NCBI GenBank assembly: GCA_964409615.1
Contig: CAYPDT010000001.1
Location: 142,629 to 206,628, forward strand
DNA length: 64,000 nucleotides
Direction of reading: 5' to 3'
Origin: an uncultured Candidatus Saccharibacteria bacterium
GTDB taxonomy: Bacteria > Patescibacteriota > Saccharimonadia > Saccharimonadales > AWTP1-31
Shown piece after piece: positions 8,741 to 19,701 of the stretch. Position 1 is the first letter of the stretch. Every line of letters starts with the position of its first letter. Both the position numbers and the translations under genes were made by a program. The notes beneath the pieces were generated by a model. That model made no database searches and was not told the origin of the DNA. It was given only the letters and a program-made list of their open reading frames with translations.

Positions 8741-9574
8741 TTACCAGCATATAAAATTGTTACGTGGGATTTCTAAACCATTTGTAACCATCGGCCGGTA
8801 GCTTGGCGAAGCTGCGTCAACATCATATGCAGAACGCTCTAATGGTGATTCTTCATGCCAGGTCTCAACACGTCGTTTGGTTTCATTATCTATATATTTT
8901 GTTGCTCGTTGGCCCCCATAAACTGCACCAGCAATACCGAAACCCGAGACCAAGAGCCCGTGCATGTCATTTCTCTCCATACCCAAAAGCGCAGTCAGAC
9001 CGCCAGTAGCTACTAAGCCTACTACCATATTTTCCACTCGAGACTTCCCTTTTTCACAAAAAGTTCTGTACCGTTGCTGTTGTCTCATCATACGAAGGTT
9101 ATAGAAGTCAACAGCATGCTTCAATTCATGTAAAAGTATTACATCCATCTCAGCTGACGAACTTAATGTATATCCCTCAAAAGTCTCAGGAGTCATCGTG
9201 GTGGCGACTTCGTCCCCTGCTTGTCTCGCTACAAAATCAAATGCCCGTGAGAAGCCTATGCACTGCGCTAATCCCAGCTGAATAATTACCCTTTTCTCTT
9301 CAGCAACATTGTCCGCTCTACCGAATATATAATGCTGGCCCTCTAGTTGTGCTCCCTCCAGATTTGTGTTGGATGGCACAATTTCACCAATAGTGATGTC
9401 AACGTCGGGCAGAAGCCTGGATACACCATCTGATAATGTATGCATATTCGCTACTACTGCATCAGTATCGATGTCTGGGCGCGGCGCTAAACCACGGCTG
9501 ATTAAATCTTCAGCGAAAAAGTCATAGTTAATAGTAACGCGCGGAGCTTCTCCTGCAGACACAATTGTATTCAT
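8741..9574 (-). CDS. Hypothetical membrane protein with a zincin-like HExxH motif
   Basis: ILLHELKHAVDF (HExxH) in the soluble N-domain, followed by two Gly-rich TM segments (VVGLVATGGLTALLG, LLVSGFGIAGAVYGG). Confidence 0.5.
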   Translation of the reverse strand: MNTIVSAGEAPRVTINYDFFAEDLISRGLAPRPDIDTDAVVANMHTLSDGVSRLLPDVDITIGEIVPSNTNLEGAQLEGQHYIFGRADNVAEEKRVIIQLGLAQCIGFSRAFDFVARQAGDEVATTMTPETFEGYTLSSSAEMDVILLHELKHAVDFYNLRMMRQQQRYRTFCEKGKSRVENMVVGLVATGGLTALLGMERNDMHGLLVSGFGIAGAVYGGQRATKYIDNETKRRVETWHEESPLERSAYDVDAASPSYRPMVTNGLEIPRNNFICW

Positions 9575-9580
9575 TAAAAA

Positions 9581-12394
9581 CTATTTTAACATTTTTTTGA
9601 GGAATTGGCCAGTATAAGACTCTTTGACCTTCGCTACATCTCGTGGCGTGCCCTCGGCAACAACCTGGCCGCCACCAGAACCACCCTCGGGGCCCATATC
9701 GATAATATGGTCAGCCGATTTAATAACATCCAGATTATGCTCAATGACCACCATACTATTTCCAGTATTAACTAACGCATTTAAGACTTGTAGTAGTTTG
9801 GCCACATCAGCAATGTGGAGGCCGGTGGTTGGCTCGTCAAGTATATAGAGCGTTCGGCCTGTTGGGCGACGAGATAACTCGGTAGCCAGTTTAATGCGCT
9901 GGGCCTCACCACCACTCAAGGTTGTTGCTGGTTGGCCAAGACCGATATAGCCAAGACCGACGTCTACAAGGGTTTGTAGCTTGCGGGCGATAGAAGGAAT
10001 ATTGCTGAAGAACTCTAAAGCTTGCTCGCAGGTCATCTCTAGAACATCACTAATAGTCTTGCCTTTGTAGTGAATCTCAAGGGCTTCGCGGTTATAGCGC
10101 TTGCCATGACAAACTTCACACGCAACATACACATCGGGCAAAAAGTGCATTTCTATCTTGATAATGCCGTCGCCAGCACAGTTTTCACAGCGCCCGCCCT
10201 TAACATTGAAGCTAAAGCGACCAGCACTATAGCCCCGCAGCTTAGCTTCGGGCACACTGGCAAACAGTTCACGTATTGGTGTGAACAATCCGGTGTAGGT
10301 TGCTGGATTGCTTCGTGGAGTTCGACCGATTGCAGACTGGTCAATTATTATCACTTTGTCTAGATGGTCGATGCCCTTAATCTCGTCGTGCTTACCGGGT
10401 ACAGAATTGGCTCGCATCAGCCGAGCCGAAAGTTCTTTGGCAAGAATGTCATTGATAAGACTTGATTTACCAGAACCCGACACGCCGCTCACCACAACCA
10501 ACTTACCAAGCGGAATTTCAACCGTAACATTTTGCAAGTTGTTTTCGCGTGCGTTAACAATAGTCAATGACTTATCGTTGCCCTTGCGATATTTGGTTGG
10601 TGGTTTGATTTCTTTAGCCCCACGCAAGTACTGGCCGGTTATGCTCTTCTCGGTCTGTGCCACCTCGTCTGGCGTACCAGAAGCAACCACCTCACCGCCA
10701 TGCACTCCGGCACCCGGGCCAATATCGAGCAAGTAGTCAGCCGTACGGATTGTATCTTCATCGTGTTCAACCACAATTACGCTGTTACCAATATCACGGA
10801 GGTGTTTGAGAGTTTTGATTAACCGTTCGTTATCACGCTGGTGCAGGCCAATCGACGGCTCGTCGAGCACGTACAAAACCCCTTGTAACCCAGAACCAAT
10901 TTGGGTTGCCAAACGTATTCGCTGGGCCTCGCCACCGCTCAAAGTTGCAGCGCTGCGAAGCAGGTTTAGATAGTTCAGGCCAACATCCTGCAAGAACTGT
11001 AATCGTGCACAAATTTCTTTAAAAATCATGGCAGCAATGTGCTGCTCTTTATCGTTCAGACTGATGCTGTTGAAATACTTGATCGCTTCATCAATTGATA
11101 GCTCACAAATATCCATAATTGACTTACTACCAACGGTAACAGCCAATACTTCGGGCTTAAGACGTCTACCACCACAGGCATGGCATGGTCGTTCTTGCAT
11201 AAAACGTTCGATGTCTCGGCGTATAAAGTCGCTATCGGTATCTTTGTGACGCCGCTCTAGGTTATTCACAACACCTTCATAGGTAGTATCAAATGTACGA
11301 CCAGAACCAAGCGAAACCGCGTACTTTTCGTTACCAGTGCCATACATCAAAATTTTCATGGCAGCTTCATTTAGCTCGCCAGTTGGAACATGCAAGCTGA
11401 ATCCATGCCGGTCGGCTACTGCTTGCAGTTTTTTCATGTACCAAGCATCTGTATTGATACGATTAAACGGGCGTATCGCACCCTCGGCAATGGTTAACCG
11501 ACCATTCGGTATAACCAGGTCTGGGTCAACCTCTAGGCGTGAGCCAAGGCCAGTACAAACAGGACATGCGCCATGGGGGCTATTAAAACTAAACGTACGA
11601 GGCTCAAGTTCTGGAATACTAATCTCTGGATGGTCAATACACGCGTATTGCAAGCTATAACTATGGCCCGCCTGTTGGTCTGCGTCTATAACTTTAAGCT
11701 TACCGTCAGCCAATTCTAGGGCTTGCTCAACAGATTGAGCTAAACGGCCCCGACTTTCCTCGTTATTAACCAGGCGGTCGACTACAATCTCGATGGTGTG
11801 CTTATACTTTTTATCCAGTTCTGGAAATTCATCTAGGGCGTACACCACGCCATCCACACGAGCACGTGCAAAACCAGCTCGCTGGTACTGCTCGGGGATA
11901 TGTTCGAATGCGCCTTTTTTATCGATTACTACCGGTGCCAAGATAAGCAACCGTGCATCAACCGATTGGCTAGCCACTTGATCAACGATTGCTTGAGTGG
12001 TTTGGCGTTCTACCGCCTTACCACAAACCGGACAGTGTGGCACTCCAATACGCGCAAACAATAAGCGAAGATAGTCATAAATTTCAGTAACCGTCGCCAC
12101 GGTACTTCGGGGATTACGACTGGTAGATTTTTGGTCGATAGAAATTGCCGGACTCAGGCCATCAATCTGGTCAACATCGGGCTTTTCCATGAGGCCAAGA
12201 AATTGTCGAGCATAGCTACTCAGTGACTCTACATAACGGCGCTGACCCTCGGCATAAATGGTATCGAAAGCTAGGCTCGACTTACCAGAACCGCTCAGAC
12301 CAGTAATAACAACCAACTTACCGCGTGGAATACGTACATCCACGTTTTTTAGGTTGTGCTCTCTGGCACCTTTGACATCAATATATCCACTCAT
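9581..12394 (-). CDS. uvrA: Excinuclease ABC subunit A
   Basis: 937 aa. Two ABC modules ([20 protein letters not shown]; two LSGGEAQR signatures) and zinc-finger Cys clusters. N-terminus [13 protein letters not shown]. Confidence 0.97.
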   Translation of the reverse strand: MSGYIDVKGAREHNLKNVDVRIPRGKLVVITGLSGSGKSSLAFDTIYAEGQRRYVESLSSYARQFLGLMEKPDVDQIDGLSPAISIDQKSTSRNPRSTVATVTEIYDYLRLLFARIGVPHCPVCGKAVERQTTQAIVDQVASQSVDARLLILAPVVIDKKGAFEHIPEQYQRAGFARARVDGVVYALDEFPELDKKYKHTIEIVVDRLVNNEESRGRLAQSVEQALELADGKLKVIDADQQAGHSYSLQYACIDHPEISIPELEPRTFSFNSPHGACPVCTGLGSRLEVDPDLVIPNGRLTIAEGAIRPFNRINTDAWYMKKLQAVADRHGFSLHVPTGELNEAAMKILMYGTGNEKYAVSLGSGRTFDTTYEGVVNNLERRHKDTDSDFIRRDIERFMQERPCHACGGRRLKPEVLAVTVGSKSIMDICELSIDEAIKYFNSISLNDKEQHIAAMIFKEICARLQFLQDVGLNYLNLLRSAATLSGGEAQRIRLATQIGSGLQGVLYVLDEPSIGLHQRDNERLIKTLKHLRDIGNSVIVVEHDEDTIRTADYLLDIGPGAGVHGGEVVASGTPDEVAQTEKSITGQYLRGAKEIKPPTKYRKGNDKSLTIVNARENNLQNVTVEIPLGKLVVVSGVSGSGKSSLINDILAKELSARLMRANSVPGKHDEIKGIDHLDKVIIIDQSAIGRTPRSNPATYTGLFTPIRELFASVPEAKLRGYSAGRFSFNVKGGRCENCAGDGIIKIEMHFLPDVYVACEVCHGKRYNREALEIHYKGKTISDVLEMTCEQALEFFSNIPSIARKLQTLVDVGLGYIGLGQPATTLSGGEAQRIKLATELSRRPTGRTLYILDEPTTGLHIADVAKLLQVLNALVNTGNSMVVIEHNLDVIKSADHIIDMGPEGGSGGGQVVAEGTPRDVAKVKESYTGQFLKKMLK

Positions 12395-12448
12395 CGTGAC
12401 GTATTAGTATACGCGCTTGGCAAGACTTTTTCCAGACCCAAACCTGCT

Positions 12449-13186
12449 CTACCCTCTTCGAGGAGTAAACTCAACAGGGTTAAGCACAAGTTCGATTGGC
12501 AAAACTTGACCAATTGTTTCAATTGCTTTTGTCACTTGGAGCGGAGTAGCCTCCATGTGAATTCGCCCAATACCAATATGCGGCAAATAAGGAGCAGTCG
12601 TTCGCATAGCACGAACTCGATCAGGCAAGCCGTTAACAGCAATTTCATGTTCAGTTGCAAAGAATTCTGCTTCCAGACTAGTGGCAGCAGGCGTAATGCC
12701 GAGGGACCGACCGCCACTTATACCCCTTCTATCATCTTCAGGGTTTAGCTTACTGCCAGCTTGGGCGGCATCAGGATCACCGAAGCGATGCACTTCGGCC
12801 ATAGTAGCTCTGATTACTCGGCCACCTAGGTCGAATCTACCAATATCGTCTGCAATGCTTTGTTGTATACGAGCCCTGTCTGCAGGATGCCATACAAAGC
12901 GACTCCGCTTACCATAAGCCTGAGTTATACGACGCTCAACAACACGCAGGCATAATCGTTCTGGACTGAATAGAGTGACTACTGGTCGCTCTGCTGTTTT
13001 ACGACCAGCATCATCGTAAATTTTTACAGGAGGTAACTCGTGAAGTTTTTCCTGTAAGTCGGTAAACATAAAATCAAGCTCGTCAGTATGCTGTACTCGA
13101 TGTAATACCCCAAAGTTAGGCTCAAACCATCGCTCATCTCTTAGATTTGAGCGAGGCCGTGGAGCGCTATTTCTTGCCATGTCCAA
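12449..13186 (-). CDS. Hypothetical protein (possible degenerate 2H-phosphoesterase-like C-terminal motif)
   Basis: Only YLPHIGIGRIH resembles the HxTx motif of LigT-type enzymes. Otherwise unrecognised. Confidence 0.45.
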   Translation of the reverse strand: MDMARNSAPRPRSNLRDERWFEPNFGVLHRVQHTDELDFMFTDLQEKLHELPPVKIYDDAGRKTAERPVVTLFSPERLCLRVVERRITQAYGKRSRFVWHPADRARIQQSIADDIGRFDLGGRVIRATMAEVHRFGDPDAAQAGSKLNPEDDRRGISGGRSLGITPAATSLEAEFFATEHEIAVNGLPDRVRAMRTTAPYLPHIGIGRIHMEATPLQVTKAIETIGQVLPIELVLNPVEFTPRRG

Positions 13187-13269
13187 ATTATAAACCCCAA
13201 TACGTGCATTTGGTGTTGTATTTTAGCAACCTGTATATAGACTTGTGCCGCTACTGTATAATTCATGGA

Positions 13270-14103
13270 ATGAACGTAGCTATCCAAGGGATACGCGGCT
13301 CCTTTCACGACCAGGCCGCACAAACTTTTTTTGATCAAGAAATTACACTTAACGAATGTCGCAGCTTTCGGGACGTATTTACGGCTGTCCAAAATGGTTC
13401 GGCCGAATTTGGTGTTGTAGCTGTAGAAAATTCCTTGCATGGGTCAATCAACCCGGTCTACCGACTTTTAGCTGACCAACATGTTTGGGTTTGCGGCGAA
13501 GTTCGTCTGCAAATTGGCATGTGTCTGGTTGGGCATACTCACCAAAATCTTGAAGAGCTCGATAACCCCGAAACTACAGTACTTTCACACTTTGCAGCTT
13601 TCGGCCAATGCGAACAATGGCTGCTTACTAATATTCCTCAAGCCCGTCAGGTAGAAGGCCAAGATACCGCCGAAGCCGTACGCCAAGTAATCCAAAAACA
13701 AGACGTACACACTGTGGCTATTGCCAGTCAGCATGCCGCAAACTTATATGGAGGCACCATCTTACAGACCAATCTTAACGATGATCCCGACAACTACACG
13801 CGATTTTTTATCATCCGTAAAGACCGTAAAGATGAGTCGAATAGTACCCGCACTAGCATCATTCTACGAGAATCTACATCTGATAAACCTGGAACGTTAT
13901 TCGATGCACTTGGTAGTTTCGCTAAACTAAACATCAATCTTACCAAGCTTGATAGTCATCCTCGCCCAGGCAAAGAACGCACCTATGCTTTTTACATTGA
14001 TTTCGACGAAGCGCTATCGAGTGATAAGGGTAAACAGGTTATTACAGAACTCCAAACACAGGGCTGGGATGTACAAATTCTTGGCTCATACCAAGCGCGT
14101 TAG
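13270..14103 (+). CDS. pheA: Prephenate dehydratase
   Basis: PDT domain (IQGIRGSFHDQAA, NYTRFFII) plus an ACT domain (LTKLDSHPRPG). Start moved to ATG 13270 because the track's 13147 start overlaps the convergent 12449-13186 gene. TATAAT at 13257-13262 sits 7 nt before the ATG. Confidence 0.85.
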   Translation: MNVAIQGIRGSFHDQAAQTFFDQEITLNECRSFRDVFTAVQNGSAEFGVVAVENSLHGSINPVYRLLADQHVWVCGEVRLQIGMCLVGHTHQNLEELDNPETTVLSHFAAFGQCEQWLLTNIPQARQVEGQDTAEAVRQVIQKQDVHTVAIASQHAANLYGGTILQTNLNDDPDNYTRFFIIRKDRKDESNSTRTSIILRESTSDKPGTLFDALGSFAKLNINLTKLDSHPRPGKERTYAFYIDFDEALSSDKGKQVITELQTQGWDVQILGSYQAR

Positions 14104-14124
14104 CATAAGCACTACATAATATTG

Positions 14125-14152
14125 TTGACATTGTTGCAATTAGGTTTATAAT
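14125..14152 (+). promoter_or_regulatory. Sigma70-type promoter TTGACA-16-TATAAT
   Basis: TTGACA at 14125-14130 and TATAAT at 14147-14152, read directly. It sits 29 nt upstream of the small ORF at 14181. Confidence 0.5.
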
Positions 14153-14180
14153 CTCGCTTAATTTAAGTGGGAAGTCCGCC

Positions 14181-14387
14181 ATGTTAGATTTCATCGTTCT
14201 AGGTATTGTTCCAGGTACAAATTTCACCATCACATTTGCATGGTCGTTAGTCTTTGGCCTCATTTTTGCCGTGCTTGTTCTAGCTTACATCGAACTACGT
14301 AAGCCAAATCAAAAGTCAGCTGTCAGCACAACAACAGACCAGGCAGTAGAATTAGAGGCTATTAACCCTCAAGGTCTGTTGGCATAA
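14181..14387 (+). CDS. Small membrane protein (68 aa)
   Basis: Consensus promoter plus a GGGAAG Shine-Dalgarno. Two hydrophobic helices (FIVLGIVPG..., WSLVFGLIFAVLVLAYI). The 3' end overlaps sbcB convergently by 26 nt. Confidence 0.55.
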   Translation: MLDFIVLGIVPGTNFTITFAWSLVFGLIFAVLVLAYIELRKPNQKSAVSTTTDQAVELEAINPQGLLA

Positions 14388-15837
14388 TTGCCTCGCCATA
14401 CAGCCGCAAGTCTTCTAACAAATATTTTTGGTTTTGCGTTAAGTCTTTACGTTGACTAATTTCTTGTAGTCGAGCAAAGTATCGAGCCAGTTTACTGTTA
14501 CTGCCGCCAGAAGTAAGTTGCTCTGCCTTATACTGCTCCCATGCCTGCTTTTCTTCGTCGGTAAGCTTACGAGGGAAATTTCGAGCTTTATACAACGGTA
14601 GAAGCTCTCGTAGTCGTGTATCTCTGCATTTAGCAATAAAGCCTGTCAGCTCATCAGGCTTAGCGATTCGAATTTTGTTCATCAGCTGTTGGTCTTCGTT
14701 ACTCATAAAACCATCGTAGATTTTGGCATCGACAGTCTTGTCTTCCAGTGCAAAACGCTGCTGTTGTTCACCATCCATAATAGCTAGCGCGCTCAAAACG
14801 CGTTCGGTGAATTCTGGCATCTGCTGTAATTTTTGGGCATGCTCCTTAATTGTGGTCAGGTTAATGTCGAGTCGCTGTTGACTGTCTTCGTCTATAACAG
14901 CTAGAGGTGCCAGTGCTGGGCAACGATTGTATTGAAGGGTCTTAACAGGTAGCCGTGGTTTTGCTGGGTCGCGGTCTTCGGGTTTCTGCCACTTCCAGGC
15001 CTCAACCATCTGATCAATGGTATAATCTGCAAACTGCTGCGGGTCGTATCGTAAATCATACACCAATGCGCCGCCACGCTTAGGGTGATCTGCTAGCTTA
15101 ACTACCACAGCCGTTTTCTGATAGGTGCTTGAGTATTTTCCAGAAGAATATACAAAAGGTTTACTGGCATCAACCAAGCTTTTAATGGCTTCTTTGCCTC
15201 GCATTGTAAGTAGGTAATCGAAAAGTTTGGGCTGCTTACTTCGGATAAGTTGCGCTAATGAAATGGTAGCCAATACATCATTGAGGGCATCATGAGCATT
15301 TGCATGGTCGAGTCCGTTCATTGAGGTAAGCAACTCTAATCGGTTTGTAGGATTTCCCTTGCTATCTACCGGCCACTTAATTCCATCTGGGCGAAGGGCA
15401 CGCGTCATGCGCACAACATCAAGCAAATCCCATCGGGAGCGGTCGTCCTTCCATTGCCATTGGTACGGGTCGTAAAAATTCCGGTAATGCAATGCTCGCA
15501 TGAATTCATCATCAAAGCGCACCGTATTGTAGCCCACAAAAATAGTACCTGGTGTAGCAATTTCGTTAGTGAATGTCTCTAGAAAATCAGCCTCTGTAGT
15601 ACCTTCTGCCTGGGTGTATTGCGGTGTGATTCCAGTGATTAAGATGGCATCCGGCTCGGGCAAAACATCTTCTGAAAGTGCAATTAAAATATTGTGAGGG
15701 TCACCAATTGGGTTGAGGTCGAGGTCAGTTCGCTGACCGGCAAATTGCATGATGCGCGCATTGCGCGGATTTATACCACTCGTTTCGAGGTCGTAAAAGT
15801 AAAAACTATCTGCCATGCAAGTAGTGTACCATTGCAT
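14362..15837 (-). CDS. sbcB: Exodeoxyribonuclease I
   Basis: DnaQ-like exonuclease motif FYFYDLETSGINP, then HDALNDV, then the SH3-like/helical C-domains. Start could equally be ATG 15816 (MADSFYFYDLETSG). Confidence 0.85.
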   Translation of the reverse strand: MQWYTTCMADSFYFYDLETSGINPRNARIMQFAGQRTDLDLNPIGDPHNILIALSEDVLPEPDAILITGITPQYTQAEGTTEADFLETFTNEIATPGTIFVGYNTVRFDDEFMRALHYRNFYDPYQWQWKDDRSRWDLLDVVRMTRALRPDGIKWPVDSKGNPTNRLELLTSMNGLDHANAHDALNDVLATISLAQLIRSKQPKLFDYLLTMRGKEAIKSLVDASKPFVYSSGKYSSTYQKTAVVVKLADHPKRGGALVYDLRYDPQQFADYTIDQMVEAWKWQKPEDRDPAKPRLPVKTLQYNRCPALAPLAVIDEDSQQRLDINLTTIKEHAQKLQQMPEFTERVLSALAIMDGEQQQRFALEDKTVDAKIYDGFMSNEDQQLMNKIRIAKPDELTGFIAKCRDTRLRELLPLYKARNFPRKLTDEEKQAWEQYKAEQLTSGGSNSKLARYFARLQEISQRKDLTQNQKYLLEDLRLYGEAIMPTDLEG

Positions 15838-15865
15838 CGGCAGCTAGACATGAACAGCATCAATA

Positions 15866-15894
15866 TTATTAGATCACATTTTTACTGTTTCCAA
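15866..15894 (-). promoter_or_regulatory. Candidate sbcB promoter TTGGAA-17-TAATAA(T), with the -35 element inside palindrome copy 3
   Basis: On the minus strand, TTGGAA runs 15894->15889, followed by a 17-nt spacer and TAATAA at 15871->15866. Confidence 0.35.
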
Positions 15895-15912
15895 GGTCCG
15901 ACCTTGGAAACA
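15886..15912. repeat. Intergenic palindrome family, copy 3: TGTTTCCAAGGTCCGACCTTGGAAACA (perfect, 27 nt)
   Basis: Read directly. Separated by 2 nt (15913-15914) from the photolyase stop codon at 15915-15917, and 48 nt upstream of the sbcB start. Confidence 0.85.
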
Positions 15913-15914
15913 TG

Positions 15915-17300
15915 TTAGGGGGTGTGTTGAGAGATGTAGCGAGCGAGGTCGAACTTGCGACGCAGACCATTGTAATTCATATATCGAATCGTGCCGTACA
16001 CCGGACGTTCGAACCATGGTCGGTCATGCAGCCCAGCTACACTCCACAAAATACCAACATACCCATTTGGGTCACCACCATCCAAGCTGTAGGTGTCATT
16101 TAGTTGAATCAATATTTTTATGGCTTGCTCCGGGGATTCTGTCCATTCTAGGACCTTCTTAGCCCAGTACATGCGCATATATCCGTGCATCTTGCCTGTC
16201 TGCGTCATTTGTTTTTGAGCAGCGTTCCAGGCATCATCATGAGTCTGAGCCGCCTCGAGCTGGGTGTAGGTATACACAATTTCACGCTTATCATTGGCAT
16301 GTTTGGCCAACGTAAGGTTGGCCCAGTTTGCCACACCATCTAGTGAATCGTAATTTTGGTTGTAGTAGCAGTAGTTATCGCTTAGCTCACGACGAACAAT
16401 CAGTTCTTCTAAAAATGCGTCGGCGTCTTGTCGCAGCTTAGAATCCTCGGCAACAGCTAACTCTACCTCAAGCGCAACTCGCAACGCAGAGAGTTGGCCG
16501 AAATGTAGATAGGGGCTTAGTTCGCTCTGACCATCTTCACTTGGGTCATTACGCCGTTCAGCGTAGCCAGCGAGACGCATTGTAATAAATGCTCGTAAAA
16601 TTTTATGGGCCTCAGCTTCTCCTGACTGCATAGATAGAACTTGCCCGGTTTTCTTAAGACCACCAAGCAGCTGAGTAATGTCCGACTGTAGTTCACTGAG
16701 TTTTTTGACCACGCCCGGCCAGCCATGAGGATGCATTAAAAGTACACTGGGTTCTACTGAATATTCTTGTAGTAAACGATGGATTTTCGGTCGAATTGTA
16801 CGGGCCGCGTACTCCTGCTTCTGACTGCTTTCCCAGACTGGGATTACATTATGCGCGTCGACAACATAGACCGCACATGCGGCATCTTTGGCGGTTGCTT
16901 TTTGTAACTTGCGAGGGCCTCGCAGAGGACTCATATCGAAGTAGATTGCCGCCGGTTTAGTGTGATGCATAATAGCTTTCAGATTTGACTGCGGATCACC
17001 GAGTAACATTATGAAAGGAATATCGTAATCCGCTAATGTCTGCTCCACCTGCTTCAAACCAGTCAGCATCCAATGGAATTGCTCATATGTTCGATGGCCC
17101 GCAGTTGGCTTGAGGCAAAATACTACCGCTAAGGGCAAGCCCAAAGTAATAGCTTTAGCCTGGGCTTCTAATAGTGCAAAGTTGTCAGTCACTCTCTGGT
17201 CACGACTCATAACATACAGAACACACTCTCCTTGTTCGGGAGCATTATTGAGTAGCTTACTACGAAGCATTTCCACTCCGAACCTGCGCTTGCCGAGCAA
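15915..17300 (-). CDS. phr: Deoxyribodipyrimidine photolyase, class II type
   Basis: C-terminal FAD-binding region NYCYYNQNYD...DDAWNAAQKQM..TGKMHGYMRMYWAKKVLEW matches the class II CPD photolyase signature. Start may be the internal ATG at 17270. Confidence 0.85.
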   Translation of the reverse strand: MLGKRRFGVEMLRSKLLNNAPEQGECVLYVMSRDQRVTDNFALLEAQAKAITLGLPLAVVFCLKPTAGHRTYEQFHWMLTGLKQVEQTLADYDIPFIMLLGDPQSNLKAIMHHTKPAAIYFDMSPLRGPRKLQKATAKDAACAVYVVDAHNVIPVWESSQKQEYAARTIRPKIHRLLQEYSVEPSVLLMHPHGWPGVVKKLSELQSDITQLLGGLKKTGQVLSMQSGEAEAHKILRAFITMRLAGYAERRNDPSEDGQSELSPYLHFGQLSALRVALEVELAVAEDSKLRQDADAFLEELIVRRELSDNYCYYNQNYDSLDGVANWANLTLAKHANDKREIVYTYTQLEAAQTHDDAWNAAQKQMTQTGKMHGYMRMYWAKKVLEWTESPEQAIKILIQLNDTYSLDGGDPNGYVGILWSVAGLHDRPWFERPVYGTIRYMNYNGLRRKFDLARYISQHTP

Positions 17301-17538
17301 GCCCTTCTAAAATCATACCTTCTACTATTACGAGTGATGTGAGGGCAATATCCGCTTGAAACACAACCTCGGCATGAGATGGGTCATATAACATTGCCGT
17401 ATTGATAGACACCAACGCAGCAGTTGTTGCTGCCAAGCAGCCGCTGACAATACTTCGGCCTAGGTGGTTTATGGTACGTGGATGGACTGAAAATAATGAC
17501 TGATACTGTCGCGGTATTTCTTCGGGGTTTTGAGGCAT
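17260..17538 (-). CDS. Small hypothetical membrane protein (92 aa)
   Basis: Fills the gap between obg and phr. Starts 2 nt after the obg stop. Has one or two hydrophobic segments. No motif recognised. Confidence 0.4.
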   Translation of the reverse strand: MPQNPEEIPRQYQSLFSVHPRTINHLGRSIVSGCLAATTAALVSINTAMLYDPSHAEVVFQADIALTSLVIVEGMILEGLARQAQVRSGNAS

Positions 17539-17540
17539 AC

Positions 17541-18821
17541 CTAATATTCTAGCGAGCCAATGGCAGGATGGCCAATGGTAATTTTCTGACCCGGCTCTAT
17601 ATCCATGCGTCGTAGCTGATGCATAATGCCCATTTTGGCCATAATATCTCGTAAACGCTCGACACCATGTCGACTATCGAAGTCGGTGCGTTCGGCAAAA
17701 CGCTCAATTTTACGGCCGGTAACCACAAAGCCGCCGTTTTTCTTTTCAGCCTTCCAGCTATCTTGCGTTTCGGGCAAGCGAAGTACTGGCAAGCCTTCAT
17801 TAGCTTCTTTCTCTTCCACAACACGAGCGTGTTCGATGTCTACCAGCTTCTTTACGGCATAAAGCATCTCGCGCACGCCCTCACCGCTCTTTGCCGACAT
17901 AGCAAATTGCTGCGTGCCTTTAGGAATAGCTTTTTTCAAACGCTTCTGTAAATCGGCGACTATATCTGCATCTAGGCCGTCAATCTTATTCAAGACTACA
18001 ACCTGCGGCTTAGTAGATAAATCTACCTGGTATTCTGTAAGTTCTTTTTGGATGGTTTGGTAAGTCTTTACCACGTCATCGTTGTAAGCATCAATAACAT
18101 GGATGAGTACACTAGTGCGTTCGACATGTCGCAGGAATTCATCGCCTAGTCCTTTACCCTGGCTAGCACCTTCGATAAGCCCCGGTACATCGGCAAGCAG
18201 TAGGCTGTTTTTATTATCCAAATCAACAACACCCAAATTAGGAGTAAGTGTGGTAAATGCATAGTTGGCAATTTCTGGACGAGCATTACTGCTACTAGCC
18301 AGTAGTGTGGACTTACCAGCATTTGGCATACCCACGATGCCAACATCGGCGATAACCTTGAGCTCAAGGAAAAGCTCCAACACCTCGCCGCGTTCACCTT
18401 TTTCTGCAACTCGAGGAGCTTGGCGTCGTGATGATACGAAGTGAGCATTGCCAAATCCACCCTTGCCACCTTTAGCAATTATTGTTTCTTGCTGGTCAGA
18501 AATAAAATCGGCCAGAATATCACCCTCGGCATTACGGACAATTGTTCCCACTGGAATTTGAATTACCAAGTCTTTACCACTCTTGCCGTGCATCTTTTGC
18601 TTGAAGCCTGGCTTGCCAGCTTCGGCGCTGAGCTCTTTGTGGTAACGGAAGCTGGCTAGAGTATTTTGGTTACGGCTTGCAAGCATAACAACATTGCCAC
18701 CGTTACCGCCATCTCCACCATCTGGACCTCCACGGTCAACAAATTTTTCATGTCGAAAACTAACTACGCCATTACCGCCGTCGCCCGCTGCTACAGTTAC
18801 TTTTGCTTTATCGACAAACAT
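17541..18821 (-). CDS. obg: GTPase Obg/CgtA
   Basis: Gly-rich Obg fold (GGDGGNGG), G1 GMPNAGKST, G3 DVPGLIEGA, G4 NKID, and a C-terminal TGS-like domain. Confidence 0.95.
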   Translation of the reverse strand: MFVDKAKVTVAAGDGGNGVVSFRHEKFVDRGGPDGGDGGNGGNVVMLASRNQNTLASFRYHKELSAEAGKPGFKQKMHGKSGKDLVIQIPVGTIVRNAEGDILADFISDQQETIIAKGGKGGFGNAHFVSSRRQAPRVAEKGERGEVLELFLELKVIADVGIVGMPNAGKSTLLASSSNARPEIANYAFTTLTPNLGVVDLDNKNSLLLADVPGLIEGASQGKGLGDEFLRHVERTSVLIHVIDAYNDDVVKTYQTIQKELTEYQVDLSTKPQVVVLNKIDGLDADIVADLQKRLKKAIPKGTQQFAMSAKSGEGVREMLYAVKKLVDIEHARVVEEKEANEGLPVLRLPETQDSWKAEKKNGGFVVTGRKIERFAERTDFDSRHGVERLRDIMAKMGIMHQLRRMDIEPGQKITIGHPAIGSLEY

Positions 18822-18916
18822 TAGTTATATAATACAATTTTTTCTGAAAGTTTACAACCTGTAGCTATGTGATAGAATAGTCAGGTTTGCTTATTAATTT
18901 TACTTAGTCACCGATA

Positions 18917-19651
18917 ATGCCCCACACTTTGGAATCACTAACCATTACCACTGAATTCCCTCTTTTGAGAACTAACGAGGGTCGTCTATTAGACGTCTCT
19001 TCACTTGACCACGATTATCTGCAAGATGGTTTCATAATAGAGGAACAAGATCCGCTGACAGTTATAGTGGAAGATATGCACAAGCTACATAGCCGAATTG
19101 CAGCTGCAATCGTCGGAAGAGTCGGGTTGTTACCGACAGTTCGTTTGGTAAAAGAGTTCGACAGCAAAGCCTTTGGCAATCAAACTGCTCCACACCTCGA
19201 TGGATTTGATTATCGATTTTGGCAAGTAAATACACCTCATGCACCGGGACAAGATGAGTCGTTCAGCCCATTTACTCGTTTGCTGATACGTCGATTTAAT
19301 ATAGATGATGCTGAACACCAGGCTCTTCATAACCGCTACCAGCGCTTACAAAATACGAGCCCCTACGAAAGTATTTGGTTTCACCCGGTTGATTTTGATT
19401 TGCTTGATGACGGTAAAACCGAAAAAGCATTAAACAGGCCGCCAGATGATATGTTCAGTGGCGAGGCCGGCCCTAGTCGGACGTTGGTCTTCCCAAATGG
19501 CTATGACGCATCAGAAGCGAGTGAACCTGGAGTTCTCTACGTACACTCTGCCCACACTGCTCAAGACATGAGCGGAGCTCCATCATCAGCTACTCGCTTG
19601 CTCACCATGAGTCGCATTGAGCCAACTAGCATACCACTAATTACACAATAG
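18917..19651 (+). CDS. Hypothetical protein (244 aa)
   Basis: Clean ORF in a divergent arrangement with obg. No motif recognised. Confidence 0.5.
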   Translation: MPHTLESLTITTEFPLLRTNEGRLLDVSSLDHDYLQDGFIIEEQDPLTVIVEDMHKLHSRIAAAIVGRVGLLPTVRLVKEFDSKAFGNQTAPHLDGFDYRFWQVNTPHAPGQDESFSPFTRLLIRRFNIDDAEHQALHNRYQRLQNTSPYESIWFHPVDFDLLDDGKTEKALNRPPDDMFSGEAGPSRTLVFPNGYDASEASEPGVLYVHSAHTAQDMSGAPSSATRLLTMSRIEPTSIPLITQ

Positions 19652-19701
19652 CAAGTGTCGGCAACAATGACAGGCGGCCAGCAAATCACACAAGTATCTT
19701 A

